Shown here: positions 50,621 through 59,773 of the stretch, in pieces
Layout of the letters: each line of letters begins with the position of its first letter
How positions within the stretch are numbered: position 1 is the stretch's first letter
NCBI RefSeq assembly: GCF_004295795.1
Contig: NZ_SEBR01000002.1
Location: 204,280 to 268,279 of the forward strand
DNA length: 64,000 bases
Direction: 5' to 3'
Source of the DNA: Flavobacterium sp.
GTDB lineage: Bacteria > Bacteroidota > Bacteroidia > Flavobacteriales > Flavobacteriaceae
Translations under genes and position numbers: made by a program
Notes under the pieces: generated by a model
The model's input: the letters and a program-made list of their open reading frames with translations, nothing else
Databases searched by the model: none
What the model was told of the DNA's origin: nothing

Positions 50621-51220
50621 TTAGAAAATTATAATTTCATCGACCTTCGTCCATTTGTTATTCTCGATTCGTAAAATGATGTAGCGATGTAGATAACCGC
50701 CTCTGCGTTGCACAATCGCTGTTTTTCGAGTGAGATTATAGAGTGGGCGTGAAAACATTCTGGTATTTGCCGGATCATACACAGCTAATCGTTTTAACTT
50801 TGAAGAACCTTCCAGTTCTTTGATATCGAAACAAAGATTTTCCTTGAACATTGCTTCAAAATCTTGCATTGTGAAGTAATTGTCCAATTTTGAGTACAAT
50901 GCGTGGTAACGCTTTTGCGCTTCGGGATGTTTATCTAGGTTCTCAAAAAAATAAGTCGAGTCTCGCATAACCATAACGTTTGCTTTTTCAGCATTGAGAT
51001 ACCTATAATTGTAGTATTCCTGAATATCACCTATCTCGAAACATGATTTTTCAAAAGAGCTTTTTTCATTCTTGGGAATGGAAAGCAGCATAACATCAAA
51101 GTCATTTTTAGACAGACTTTGCTGAGAATAGGAAAAGCTAGAATACATGTAGGCAAAAATGGCCAGTAAAGCCTTAGTTGCAAGTTTTTGGACTTTTAGG
51201 TCCTTGAGCGGGTGATCCAT
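50621..51220 (-). CDS. Secreted hypothetical protein (~199 aa; candidate partner or immunity protein)
   Basis: Signal-peptide-like KLATKALLAIFAYMYSSFSYS|Q inside the 541-aa track ORF; start at ATG 51220 is inferred. Confidence 0.55.
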   Translation of the reverse strand: MDHPLKDLKVQKLATKALLAIFAYMYSSFSYSQQSLSKNDFDVMLLSIPKNEKSSFEKSCFEIGDIQEYYNYRYLNAEKANVMVMRDSTYFFENLDKHPEAQKRYHALYSKLDNYFTMQDFEAMFKENLCFDIKELEGSSKLKRLAVYDPANTRMFSRPLYNLTRKTAIVQRRGGYLHRYIILRIENNKWTKVDEIIIF

Positions 51221-52620
51221 ATGATGAGTTATGTGATTCGCGTTTGTAAATCCAGTCTTCGTCGTCCCGCCATTGCTGGGATTTTGTAGAAATGTTGCAC
51301 TATCGCTTAGTGTGCCATGAAACATCTTTTTTGCATAATTCAAATCTACCCCTTGGATTCCATTCTGTGCACAATATTGAACAATTTGGTTTGCGATATA
51401 ATTGTCGAAGATATAAAAATAGTTGTGGGAAGTTGCTAAAATAGCTTCCTGCTGTTGGTTAGTAGGGTTCGCAATTGCGTAAAAATTGTTGAAATCGGTA
51501 ACTAAATTTGCGGCAGCTGGCCAATACGTTGCTAATGTTCCATTTTTCCAGAGAATTAGCAAATATGCGTGCAGCAGCTCATGTTGTGCGGTTACAAAAA
51601 TTCCAAGATCCGTACTCGTACTTAAAAATGGATTTTTATCGAGTTGGGTTATTACATGTTTGATGCCGTCCACTACTTGCACATTCGAAGTCTCGCCGTT
51701 TACGCCGGGAGTAGTGATTTCTGCATCATTTATATAGTATTGCACATCATTTGGGACTACTAGTGTACTGTTTATAGACGCTTGTAGAGCGCCGCTACTT
51801 TCAAAGATTTGTAACACAATATTGGCATGGCAAGGCTTTAAATTTGAAACTACTTGGAGAACAGCAACCACTGGCAGATTTAAGTTGCGGGAGATTTCTA
51901 TTGCTTTTTTTACGACCGCAACCCGGTCCTGCGGATAATTGGCGGTAGTCCAAACAGGAGTGATATTGTTTATGTTGTTGTAAACGCCGTCGAGATACCT
52001 GTAAACGAAATTTGAATTCTCTCCGGGATTAGCGGCAATCCAATTGCGCAGCCAGGTGTCATTTGTGGCTCCAATTCCAATAGGTGAATTCTGCTTTAGG
52101 TTTTTTTTGCGAGTATTTGCGTAGGTTTGGGGGCTGATGTTTGATGTCGATGTATAGCCGCTTCTTCCTGGCCCTCCATTTCCAGTGGTACCACCAGTGT
52201 ATGTACCTCCTCCTCCTGCGCCATTTGTCGTGCAAACTTCAACCAAGCCTAGATACGGCTGTACGACATACTGAAAATTGCCTTGCCGCTCAAAGTGTTG
52301 TAAGACTTACTTTCATTATTGAATACAATCCCGGAATATCCCGGCTTTTGTTTGTGCTTCGAGAATCCAGCGATCAAAATAGCCTTGGTCAATTTTTTTT
52401 GGTTGTCGATAAGCGCTTGGTACTTAAATGTACAGCCATCATAGTCGAATGTTTTTAAGTCTTTAATCGTATATCCGTCAAGCGTGGGTTGCGAGAAGCT
52501 GTTAAGTTGAGCGGGATAAATGTTTTTCATGTAGTCTACTTCAGCATCCGAAGTCCAAGACTGTGCGAGGCTTGCAAGCGGGAAAAGTAAAGACAAAGCA
52601 ATTCCTTTTATAAAAAGTTA
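51174..52620 (-). pseudogene. Frameshifted secreted Gly-linker/HExxH protein
   Basis: Signal peptide ...LLFPLASLA|Q; GAGGGGTYTGGTTGNGG linker; HELLH; one extra A at 52283 and at 51283 gives a continuous frame ending PKTCN-stop; start codon not resolved. Confidence 0.55.
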
Positions 52621-52819
52621 AGTTTTTACGGTTATTATAAAATATCGCTCTGTGGTATTTCAAGTCCGGTTAGCGGACACCGCTTGCTGTTTTTGGAATT
52701 TGCAAGCGGGCAAATTTAGCCGATTTGCGGATTGCCCTTATTGTAAAATAGGAGGTATTTTCAAAATGTCAGTCTTTTCAGATCGGATTATAACGCAATA
52801 AAGCAATAATTTGCGACAT

Positions 52820-52850
52820 AAAAAAACGGGTTTGAATCTCTCCAAACCCG
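52820..52850 (-). terminator. Terminator downstream of the intact tRNA-Met
   Basis: A7-CGGGTTTG...CAAACCCG. Confidence 0.7.
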
Positions 52851-52875
52851 CATACGCCCTGCGTTTTTTAACTTG

Positions 52876-52949
52876 TAGCGAGGACGGGAGTTGAACCCGT
52901 GACCTCAGGGTTATGAATCCTGCGCTCTAACCGACTGAGCTACCTCGCC
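52876..52949 (-). tRNA. tRNA-Met (CAT), probably elongator
   Basis: GGCGAGG TAGCTCAGTCGGTTAGAGC GCAGGA TTCATAA CCCTG AGGTC ACGGG TTCAACT CCCGT CCTCGCT A; lacks initiator determinants; Ile2 identity not excluded. Confidence 0.93.
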
Positions 52950-53047
52950 AAATTTTCGGTTATGTATTTCCGCAATACCTCACTGACGTTTACTTTGAAG
53001 CTTTGTTCAGTGATTCGCCTAACGGCTTAATTGCGGGTGCAAATATA
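52950..53047 (-). promoter_or_regulatory. tRNA promoter and structured leader
   Basis: TATATTTG at 53040-53047; CCGCAAT/ATTGCGG and TCACTGA/TCAGTGA stems in the leader. Confidence 0.6.
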
Positions 53048-53154
53048 TAACTAAATTGGGTTTAGGCAAATCTGCGGTCAAAAAAAATATTTTTCAAAAA
53101 GCGGCCGTTTTACTTTTTATTCTATATATTCCCTAAAATTAAACCATTTTTAAA

Positions 53155-53547
53155 ATGAATGTCAAAACCCGTTACGAAATAGAATTCCCTTTAAATTCCT
53201 CACCACAACTGCTTTACCAATATATTTCCACGCCTTCGGGCCTTTCTGAGTGGTTTGCCGACAATGTCAACTCTCGTGGGGAAATTTTTACATTCATTTG
53301 GAACGACAGCGAAGAAAAAGCGCGTTTGACGTCGAAAAAAACCGGTGAGAAAGTGAAATTCCGTTGGTTGGACGAAAACAATAATGATACAGATGTATTT
53401 TTCGAGCTGAGAATCCTCGAAGACGAGATCACCAAAGACGTTTCGCTGATGGTTGTCGACCACGCCGACGAAGATGAAATCGACGAAGCCAAGCAATTGT
53501 GGGAAAATCAGATTTCTGATCTCAAACACGTAATCGGTTCGGTATAG
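53155..53547 (+). CDS. START-like (SRPBCC) domain protein
   Basis: LYQYISTPSGLSEWFADNV, FTFIW, VKFRW. Confidence 0.85.
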   Translation: MNVKTRYEIEFPLNSSPQLLYQYISTPSGLSEWFADNVNSRGEIFTFIWNDSEEKARLTSKKTGEKVKFRWLDENNNDTDVFFELRILEDEITKDVSLMVVDHADEDEIDEAKQLWENQISDLKHVIGSV

Positions 53548-53598
53548 CGAAATCTTTTTAAAACGTATATTTGCCCTGACTTAACTCAGGGTTTTTTT

Positions 53599-54435
53599 AT
53601 GCTCAATTTCAATGGGAAGTTTATTCCTGAATCCGATCCCAAAATCAACAACCGCGGCCTTTTGTTTGGAGATGGCGTGTTTGAGACCGTCAAAGTTTTA
53701 GACGGGAAAGTACTTTTTCTCGAAGATCATTATTTCCGTCTGATGTCGTCCATGCGAATCGTCCGTATGGAAATCCCGATGGAATTCACGATGGAGTTCC
53801 TCGAAAAACAAATTCTTGATACGGCGAACGAAGTTGGCTATCTTGACTCGGCGCGCGTCCGGATGACTGTTTTCAGGAAAGGACAGGGTTATTATCTGCC
53901 ACAAACCAACGACGTCGACTGGATTCTATCCGCGACAGCGCTCGAGAACAAAGTTTATTCCATATCGGAAGGAAAATACGAAGTCGAGCTTTTCAAGGAC
54001 TTTTACGTCACCAAGCAATTGCTTTCAACGATCAAAAGCACGAACAAACTCGTCAACATCACGGGAAGTGTTTTTGCAGATGAAAACGGATACGAGAATT
54101 GCCTGCTGATGAACGATTCCAAAAACGTGATCGAGGCTTTGAACGCCAATCTTTTTATAGTTGTCGGAAACAAGATTTCAACACCACCGATTTCAGAAGG
54201 TTGCCTCAACGGGGTGATGCGCAAGCAAATTTTGGCGCTTGCCAGAAAAAATGAGAATTGGGAAGTGTCCGAAGAAGTGATTTCGCCGTTCGACTTGCAG
54301 AAAGCTGACGAATTGTTCCTGACAAACGTGATTTCCGGAATCCGACCGATTTCACAATATCGCAAGAAATCTTACACCCAAAAGGTTTCGGAGGAATTGC
54401 TTATAAGGCTCAACGCCCAGATCAGGTTGGCCTAA
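53599..54435 (+). CDS. Class IV aminotransferase / aminodeoxychorismate lyase-like
   Basis: NRGLLFGDGVFET, HYFRL, IKS, EALNANLF, GCLNGVMR, ADELFLTN. Confidence 0.9.
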   Translation: MLNFNGKFIPESDPKINNRGLLFGDGVFETVKVLDGKVLFLEDHYFRLMSSMRIVRMEIPMEFTMEFLEKQILDTANEVGYLDSARVRMTVFRKGQGYYLPQTNDVDWILSATALENKVYSISEGKYEVELFKDFYVTKQLLSTIKSTNKLVNITGSVFADENGYENCLLMNDSKNVIEALNANLFIVVGNKISTPPISEGCLNGVMRKQILALARKNENWEVSEEVISPFDLQKADELFLTNVISGIRPISQYRKKSYTQKVSEELLIRLNAQIRLA

Positions 54436-54992
54436 TTCAACATCGGATTTTCGGGCGCGTTCGACCAAAGCATGTAATCGCCCCCGAGTTCCAGGATTTT
54501 TTCCTTCCAAAAATCGTTCGTCGACTTCCCGATGATCTTGTTTTTGTAGTTGTTTTCGGCAATGATCCACGAATTCGACTGCATTTCGTCTTCGAGCTGT
54601 TGGGCTGCCCATCCGGTGTAACCCAGGAAAAAACGAATGTTCTCCTTTTTGACCAAACCATCGTTGATGAGTTTTTTGGTCAAATCGAAATCGCCGCCCC
54701 AATAAATCCCGTTCGAGATCTCGATGCTGTCGGGAATCAAATCTGGAATGTTGTGGATGAAATACAGGTTATCCTGTTCTACAGGTCCGCCGTTGTAGAT
54801 CTTGAAGTTGGCTTCGATGTCCGGAACCAAATCTCCTACGGTATATTTCAGTGGTTTGTTCAGGATAAATCCGACCGAACCATCTACATTGTGGTCGGCC
54901 AATAGAATCACCGACCTGTTAAAAGAAATATCTCCTAAGATTGAGGGTTCGGCAATCAGCAAAAGCCCTTTTGTGAGTTTTTCTGAAATCAT
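54432..54992 (-). CDS. YqgE/AlgH (DUF179) family protein
   Basis: FNRSVILL, GFILNKP, GGPVE, RFFLGYTGWAAQQLEDE. Confidence 0.92.
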   Translation of the reverse strand: MISEKLTKGLLLIAEPSILGDISFNRSVILLADHNVDGSVGFILNKPLKYTVGDLVPDIEANFKIYNGGPVEQDNLYFIHNIPDLIPDSIEISNGIYWGGDFDLTKKLINDGLVKKENIRFFLGYTGWAAQQLEDEMQSNSWIIAENNYKNKIIGKSTNDFWKEKILELGGDYMLWSNAPENPMLN

Positions 54993-55060
54993 ACGCCTGA
55001 CTTTTTGTTTTAAATTTAACGAAAAAAGTTTTGAACCGCCAAAAAAGGTGAGGATTTTGC

Positions 55061-55086
55061 AAAAAAAAGCCTTTCAAATGAAAGGC
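55061..55086 (-). terminator. Terminator after hup
   Basis: A8-GCCTTTCA-AA-TGAAAGGC. Confidence 0.75.
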
Positions 55087-55113
55087 CAATTTTACTCTGT
55101 ATGATCTAAATTC

Positions 55114-55386
55114 TTAGTTTACACCACCTTCAAGTTCAGCGCCAGCTTTGAATTTAACCACTTTCTTAGCAGCGATTTTAATCGTTTTTCCAGTTTGTGG
55201 GTTACGGCCTTCACGTGCAGCTCTGTCTGAAACTGACCATGAACCGAAACCTACCAACGATACTCTGCCTCCGCTCTTAAGCGTGTTTCCTACGTTTGAA
55301 AGAAATGACTCTAAAGCTGTTTTTGCAGCCGCTTTTGAAATTCCTGCGTCAGCAGCAATAGCATCGATTAATTCTGATTTGTTCAT
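55114..55386 (-). CDS. hup: DNA-binding protein HU
   Basis: [27 protein letters not shown]; 90 aa. Confidence 0.96.
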   Translation of the reverse strand: MNKSELIDAIAADAGISKAAAKTALESFLSNVGNTLKSGGRVSLVGFGSWSVSDRAAREGRNPQTGKTIKIAAKKVVKFKAGAELEGGVN

Positions 55387-55487
55387 AATAATAGTTATTA
55401 ATTGATTGGTTAAACATTCCGTTCTTTCAAACAAATTTAAAAGGAAAAGCTTACTACGCAAGACTTGGCGCGTGTTTTTGACTGATT

Positions 55488-55517
55488 TGTTGATAACTTC
55501 GGTGTTTTTGTGGAAAA
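55488..55517 (-). promoter_or_regulatory. Two DnaA-box-like 9-mers upstream of hup
   Basis: TTATCAACA (55488-55496) and TTTTCCACA (55509-55517) on the minus strand. Confidence 0.4.
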
Positions 55518-55564
55518 GCGTGTTGCAAATGTTAAAATTTACGTCAGTCCAACAATGACGCGGG

Positions 55565-56515
55565 TTAGGACGCAATCGCCGATTCGGAAAACGAAATCCC
55601 GTTCAAAAGTTCCGAAGTTGTCATTTTTTTCTTACCCGGAAATTGCAGCGACAAAATTTTCACGAAACCGTCTTTCACCGCGATTTTCAATTCTTTTTTC
55701 GAGCTCACGATCGTTCCTACAGCGAAATCGTTTGCGTTTGATTCGACTTCCGATTCATAGATTTTCACGTTCCATTCCTGCCCGTTGTCCTTGAACCAGC
55801 ACCAAGCCGACGGATAAGGCGAAAGTCCGCGAATCAGGTCGTGAATTTCACTCGCCGGTTTTGTCCAGTCGATTTTACAGTTGTCCCGATCGAGTTTGTA
55901 AGCGGTTTTGAGCTCGGACGAATCCGATTGGATCGTGGTCTGGACTTCGCCCGAGGCAATCTTTTCCAAAGTCTCGACAACGGCCTTACTGCCAATTTCC
56001 ATCAATCTGTCGTGCAATTCACCAGCCGATTCATTTGGCCCGATCTCGATTTGCTTGCTCAGAATCATCGCGCCCGTATCGATCTTCTCGTCAATAAAGA
56101 AAGTCGTGACCCCAGTTTTGGCTTCCCCGTTTATGATCGCCCAATTGATCGGAGCCGCGCCGCGATACTGCGGAAGCAACGAAGCGTGAAGGTTGAAAGT
56201 CCCGAATTCCGGCATCGCCCAGACCGCTTTGGGCAACATGCGAAAAGCGACCACTACTTGCAGGTTTGCGTTCAAGGCCTGCAATTGTGACAGGAAATTT
56301 TCGTCCTTCAGATTCGGCGGTTGTAACAATGTGAGGTTTTTTTCGAGCGCGAATTCCTTCACGGCGGAATATTTCAGTTTCTGTCCGCGGCCGGCGGGTT
56401 TGTCTGCGGCGGTGATCACGCCCACGACTTCGTGCCCGGCCTTGAGTATGGAATCGAGAATGCCCACGGCAAATTCGGGCGTTCCCATAAAGACGATTCG
56501 GAGTTTTTGACTCAT
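55565..56515 (-). CDS. fmt: Methionyl-tRNA formyltransferase
   Basis: [36 protein letters not shown]. Confidence 0.97.
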   Translation of the reverse strand: MSQKLRIVFMGTPEFAVGILDSILKAGHEVVGVITAADKPAGRGQKLKYSAVKEFALEKNLTLLQPPNLKDENFLSQLQALNANLQVVVAFRMLPKAVWAMPEFGTFNLHASLLPQYRGAAPINWAIINGEAKTGVTTFFIDEKIDTGAMILSKQIEIGPNESAGELHDRLMEIGSKAVVETLEKIASGEVQTTIQSDSSELKTAYKLDRDNCKIDWTKPASEIHDLIRGLSPYPSAWCWFKDNGQEWNVKIYESEVESNANDFAVGTIVSSKKELKIAVKDGFVKILSLQFPGKKKMTTSELLNGISFSESAIAS

Positions 56516-56553
56516 TTTTTTTTGTTTGATTTTGATCGGATTCGATTCCCGAT

Positions 56554-58446
56554 TTATTTTTTGGATAAAGTGTACTTGTTGTTTGGTTTGATCTGGACAT
56601 AACCCGACTCGAGCAATTCCCGAAGCGCAAAGATAACCTCGTCTGACGGTTCGCGCGTCAGGTTTTCGATTTCTCTCGAGTTCAAATCTTCGGAGGAAAG
56701 CAACATCTTGATTTTTTCGGATACCGCAATGCCGTCGGAAATTTTTTGCTTCTTGGAAATACAGTATGAACATTGGCCGCAATCGTCGGTCGTTTCGCCG
56801 AAATACGCCATTAGTTGCTTGCTTTTGCAATGTTTGTCGTCAGCCACATATTTCAGCACCGACTCCAATTGGTCGTGCTTCAACCGATTTTGGGTTTCGA
56901 GATATTTGGAGACGCGGTTGATCGTGTGTTCGTCCTCTCGCACTTCGTTGAAAACCATTGTCGCGTCGTTGTTGCGCGCCTGGTAATCGATGACTTGGTG
57001 CTCTTTCAATTTCAGAAGCAACGCATAAACCTCAGATTCGTGTCGCCCGGATTTTTTGGCGATCGCGGAAACATTGAGTGTAGCCGGAATGTCGTAAATG
57101 CCCGGATAACCACGTAAAATCGCAAGTAAAATCGCCTCGTCGTTCGGATTCAGGCTGATGTAACGCATGACTTCTTTCGACTCGATGACGAATTGTGCCG
57201 TTATCTTTTCGGAGAATTCCTGAGAAAGCGACAAAATTCCCTGCCTGTCCAGAAATTGCAGCGCGTTGAAAACCTTCATCACGGGAAATTGGTATTGGGC
57301 GCAAAATTGGTTGAGGTTGAACGAAAATTCCTCGTCGATGCCTTCTCCGTAAGCGATCTGGAAATAGTTGCACAATTTGACGTAAACTTTTTTGAGGAAT
57401 TCCTTGTCCGGCAGAACCGACAGGAATTGGTTTTCGGCAATCGAGGCGTCGCTTGGCGCGTGCAGCAAAACGGCGAACGCTTTTTCCCCGTCACGTCCGG
57501 CGCGTCCGGCTTCCTGATAATAATTTTCGAGGTTTTCCGGAAGTTGTATGTGGATCACCGATTTGACGTCGGGTTTGTCGATTCCCATTCCGAAGGCGTT
57601 CGTGGCGACGATTACCTGAACCGAATTTGTCATCCAGGCGTTCATGTTTTTGTCTTTTTCCTTCGGATGCAAACCGCCGTGGTAAAAAGTCGCCGTAAAG
57701 CCGAGCGTTTTGAGTTGTTCGGACACTTCTACGCAGGATTTTCGGTTTCTTACATATATAATGGACGACTGCGGGTATTTTTGCAGAATCTGGCTCACGC
57801 GGAACAATTTGTCCTCGACTTTTATGACCATGTAACCCAGATTTTCGCGCACGAACGATTTTTGGAAAACCGCGGGCGAATCAAGTTTGAGCTGCTCGAC
57901 GATGTCTTTTCGGACGCGGTCTGTAGCCGATGCCGTAAGCGCGATGAAAGGCACTTTTGGCAAATGCGACTTGAGTTCGGAAATCTTGAGGTAGGCCGGA
58001 CGGAAATCATGTCCCCATTGGGAAACACAGTGCGCTTCGTCTACAGCGACGAGGTTTATGGGCAAGGCTTTTATGCGTTCGACAATCCATTCCGACTGCA
58101 GTCTTTCAGGCGAAACATACAGGAATTTGTAGCCGCCGAAACGGGCGTTGTCGAGCAGGTCAGAGATTTCGTCCTCGCGGATTCCGCCGACGAGCGCAAT
58201 GGCTTTGATGTCGCGCTTTTGCAGGTTCGCGACCTGGTCTTTCATAAGCGCGATCAAAGGCGAAACGACCAGGCAAATCCCGTCTTTCATCATCGCCGGA
58301 ACCTGGAAGCAAATCGATTTTCCGCCGCCGGTAGGCAAGAGCGCGAACGTGTCTTTCCCGTCGAGCACCGAGGCGATGATCTCGGCCTGTGGTTCGCGGA
58401 AAACGTCGAATCGCCAGTATTTTTTGAGCACGTCGAGCGCGGTCAT
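56554..58446 (-). CDS. recQ: RecQ-family ATP-dependent DNA helicase
   Basis: LPTGGGKSICFQ, VDEAHCVSQWGHDFRP, ATNAFGMGIDK, QEAGRAGRDG, Zn-binding C...CGQCSYC. Confidence 0.95.
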   Translation of the reverse strand: MTALDVLKKYWRFDVFREPQAEIIASVLDGKDTFALLPTGGGKSICFQVPAMMKDGICLVVSPLIALMKDQVANLQKRDIKAIALVGGIREDEISDLLDNARFGGYKFLYVSPERLQSEWIVERIKALPINLVAVDEAHCVSQWGHDFRPAYLKISELKSHLPKVPFIALTASATDRVRKDIVEQLKLDSPAVFQKSFVRENLGYMVIKVEDKLFRVSQILQKYPQSSIIYVRNRKSCVEVSEQLKTLGFTATFYHGGLHPKEKDKNMNAWMTNSVQVIVATNAFGMGIDKPDVKSVIHIQLPENLENYYQEAGRAGRDGEKAFAVLLHAPSDASIAENQFLSVLPDKEFLKKVYVKLCNYFQIAYGEGIDEEFSFNLNQFCAQYQFPVMKVFNALQFLDRQGILSLSQEFSEKITAQFVIESKEVMRYISLNPNDEAILLAILRGYPGIYDIPATLNVSAIAKKSGRHESEVYALLLKLKEHQVIDYQARNNDATMVFNEVREDEHTINRVSKYLETQNRLKHDQLESVLKYVADDKHCKSKQLMAYFGETTDDCGQCSYCISKKQKISDGIAVSEKIKMLLSSEDLNSREIENLTREPSDEVIFALRELLESGYVQIKPNNKYTLSKK

Positions 58447-58497
58447 GAGCGATGGGTTTTTTGAAAGATGAAAGTACGGATTTTTGGCCGTCGCCGA

Positions 58498-58516
58498 TTA
58501 CAGAAAATCTGTAAAA
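58498..58516. repeat. Short palindrome TACAGA-AAA-TCTGTA
   Basis: 18-bp identity with 62129-62146. Confidence 0.6.
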
Positions 58517-58525
58517 GTGCCTGAA

Positions 58526-59056
58526 TTAAAGCCTTTCGAGTATAAAAGCGATGCGGTTTTCTACCGTTTCCTTTGGAACTTCGACAAGTTCGTACCCGTA
58601 CTTCGAATAGGTTTCGACCAAATGTTCGTGTATCAATTTGGCCTGGTCGTAGTTTTCGTAGCGTTCGTTGTCGCTTTGGTAGATTGCTTCCCAAGGCGGC
58701 AAAAGGAAAATTTTGTGGTATTTGTGGTCGTGGCAAGCTTGGTCGAATGCCTGCGGATACGAATCTCCGATGTAATGCATGTAAGCGAGAACGTCAGGGA
58801 GTCCGCGGTCAATGAAGACGACTTCGCGCGCTTCCTGCTGGGCTTCGCGGAATTGTCGTTTGCGGCCTTCGAGCAAGAGTTCGCTGAACAAAAGCGGATT
58901 TTCGAGAAACAATTGTTCGATGCCGTTTTTTTTCGCCTCGAGAATGACCTCGCGCGAAATTTCGTTGTAGCAGCAATGGCCAATTTCGGTTAGGCGGTCG
59001 ATCAAGGTCGTTTTGCCCGAACCTGGCCCGCCGATGATTACGACAATTTGTTTCAT
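58526..59056 (-). CDS. AAA_28/NadR-like P-loop ATPase/kinase
   Basis: IIGGPGSGKTT, FIDRGLPDVLAY, PPWEAIY. Confidence 0.85.
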   Translation of the reverse strand: MKQIVVIIGGPGSGKTTLIDRLTEIGHCCYNEISREVILEAKKNGIEQLFLENPLLFSELLLEGRKRQFREAQQEAREVVFIDRGLPDVLAYMHYIGDSYPQAFDQACHDHKYHKIFLLPPWEAIYQSDNERYENYDQAKLIHEHLVETYSKYGYELVEVPKETVENRIAFILERL

Positions 59057-59104
59057 TGGGCGCGAAAATAGTAAAAAAGTGCCAAAGTGGGTGCGTTGGT
59101 GTCT

Positions 59105-59196
59105 GAGTTGTTGAGTGCTCGAGTTGTTGCGTTTCAAAAGTGCCGCAGAGCCGAAGTCACAGACTTCACCACACAATTCTCGAAGTCACAGACTTC
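59105..59196. repeat. Octamer array plus two GAAGTC-ACA-GACTTC palindromes
   Basis: GAGTTGTT GAGTGCTC GAGTTGTT GCGTTTCA, AAGTGCCG, palindromes at 59153-59167 and 59182-59196. Confidence 0.8.
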
Positions 59197-59234
59197 CCGA
59201 CCCAGCCAAAATGGCATAAAAAAGCCAATTCCCC

Positions 59235-59375
59235 TAGCCCCGATGGACGCGGTTAGCCCGCAGTTTCAATGGCTTGGTTTTTGAGTCGTGGCGAAGCGAC
59301 CGAAGGAAGCTCTTGCCACGGCTACAAAAACCTGCCGTTGAAGCGAGGACTAAAAGCAGACAGCGGGAAACAGCT
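59235..59375. repeat. ~140-bp imperfect palindrome (REP/MITE-like)
   Basis: Nested arms TTCAATGGC/GCCGTTGAA, TTTTTG/CAAAAA, AGTCGTGGC/GCCACGGCT. Confidence 0.7.
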
Positions 59376-59412
59376 TCAAAAAATGTCAGAAGTCGAAACT
59401 ACACGACATATC

Positions 59413-59468
59413 AATTATTAATTATTAATTGCCAATTATTAATTACCAATTATCAATTGTCAGTTATA
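59413..59468. repeat. AATTNNN heptamer array (7-8 units)
   Basis: AATTATT AATTATT AATTGCC AATTATT AATTACC AATTATC AATTGTC AGTTATA. Confidence 0.85.
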
Positions 59469-59484
59469 TTTGCCTTTTATTATT

Positions 59485-59772
59485 ATGGATCAGAAATCAT
59501 CAGAATTTTACGATAGGCTTCGGGATGAGTTGAACAACACGACCGAGAAATGGCCTACCGAGTATCTTTACAAATTCATCGTTCCTACAGACGACGCAAA
59601 GATCGATGCGGTCGAAGCGGCTTTCAACGGACTTGGAGCGGTGATAAACACGACGAAATCCAAAACCGGAAAATACACCAGTTTGTCGGTTAACGTTGTC
59701 ATGCCAGATGCGCAAAGCATCATTGATCAATACCTTAAAGTTTCCACCATAGAAGGAATCGTTTCCCTATAA
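59485..59772 (+). CDS. DUF493 (YbeD-like) family protein
   Basis: WPTEYLYKFIVP, SKTGKYTSLSV; TATATTTG at 59465-59472. Confidence 0.85.
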   Translation: MDQKSSEFYDRLRDELNNTTEKWPTEYLYKFIVPTDDAKIDAVEAAFNGLGAVINTTKSKTGKYTSLSVNVVMPDAQSIIDQYLKVSTIEGIVSL

Positions 59773-59773
59773 C

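Larger units (their letters stand above)
50532..52872. mobile_element. tRNA-Met-integrated genomic islet without integrase
   Basis: Bounded by the 45-bp tRNA duplication; AT-richer; no recombinase ORF inside. Confidence 0.85.

Noticed and set aside
50621-52246. 541-aa ORF as one real fusion protein
   Set aside because: An internal signal peptide and a better C-terminus in the adjacent frame after one homopolymer A indicate two genes.
50566-52581. 13-bp direct repeat GGCTTGCAAGCGG near both islet ends as integrase arm sites
   Set aside because: One copy lies inside a signal-peptide coding region, and a 13-bp match in 2.3 kb is borderline by chance.
57193-58736. Long antisense or overlapping ORFs (e.g. 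57193-58464, 58443-58736, 47054-48103, 2850-3839)
   Set aside because: Shadows of well-supported genes caused by codon bias; no starts, motifs or signal peptides.
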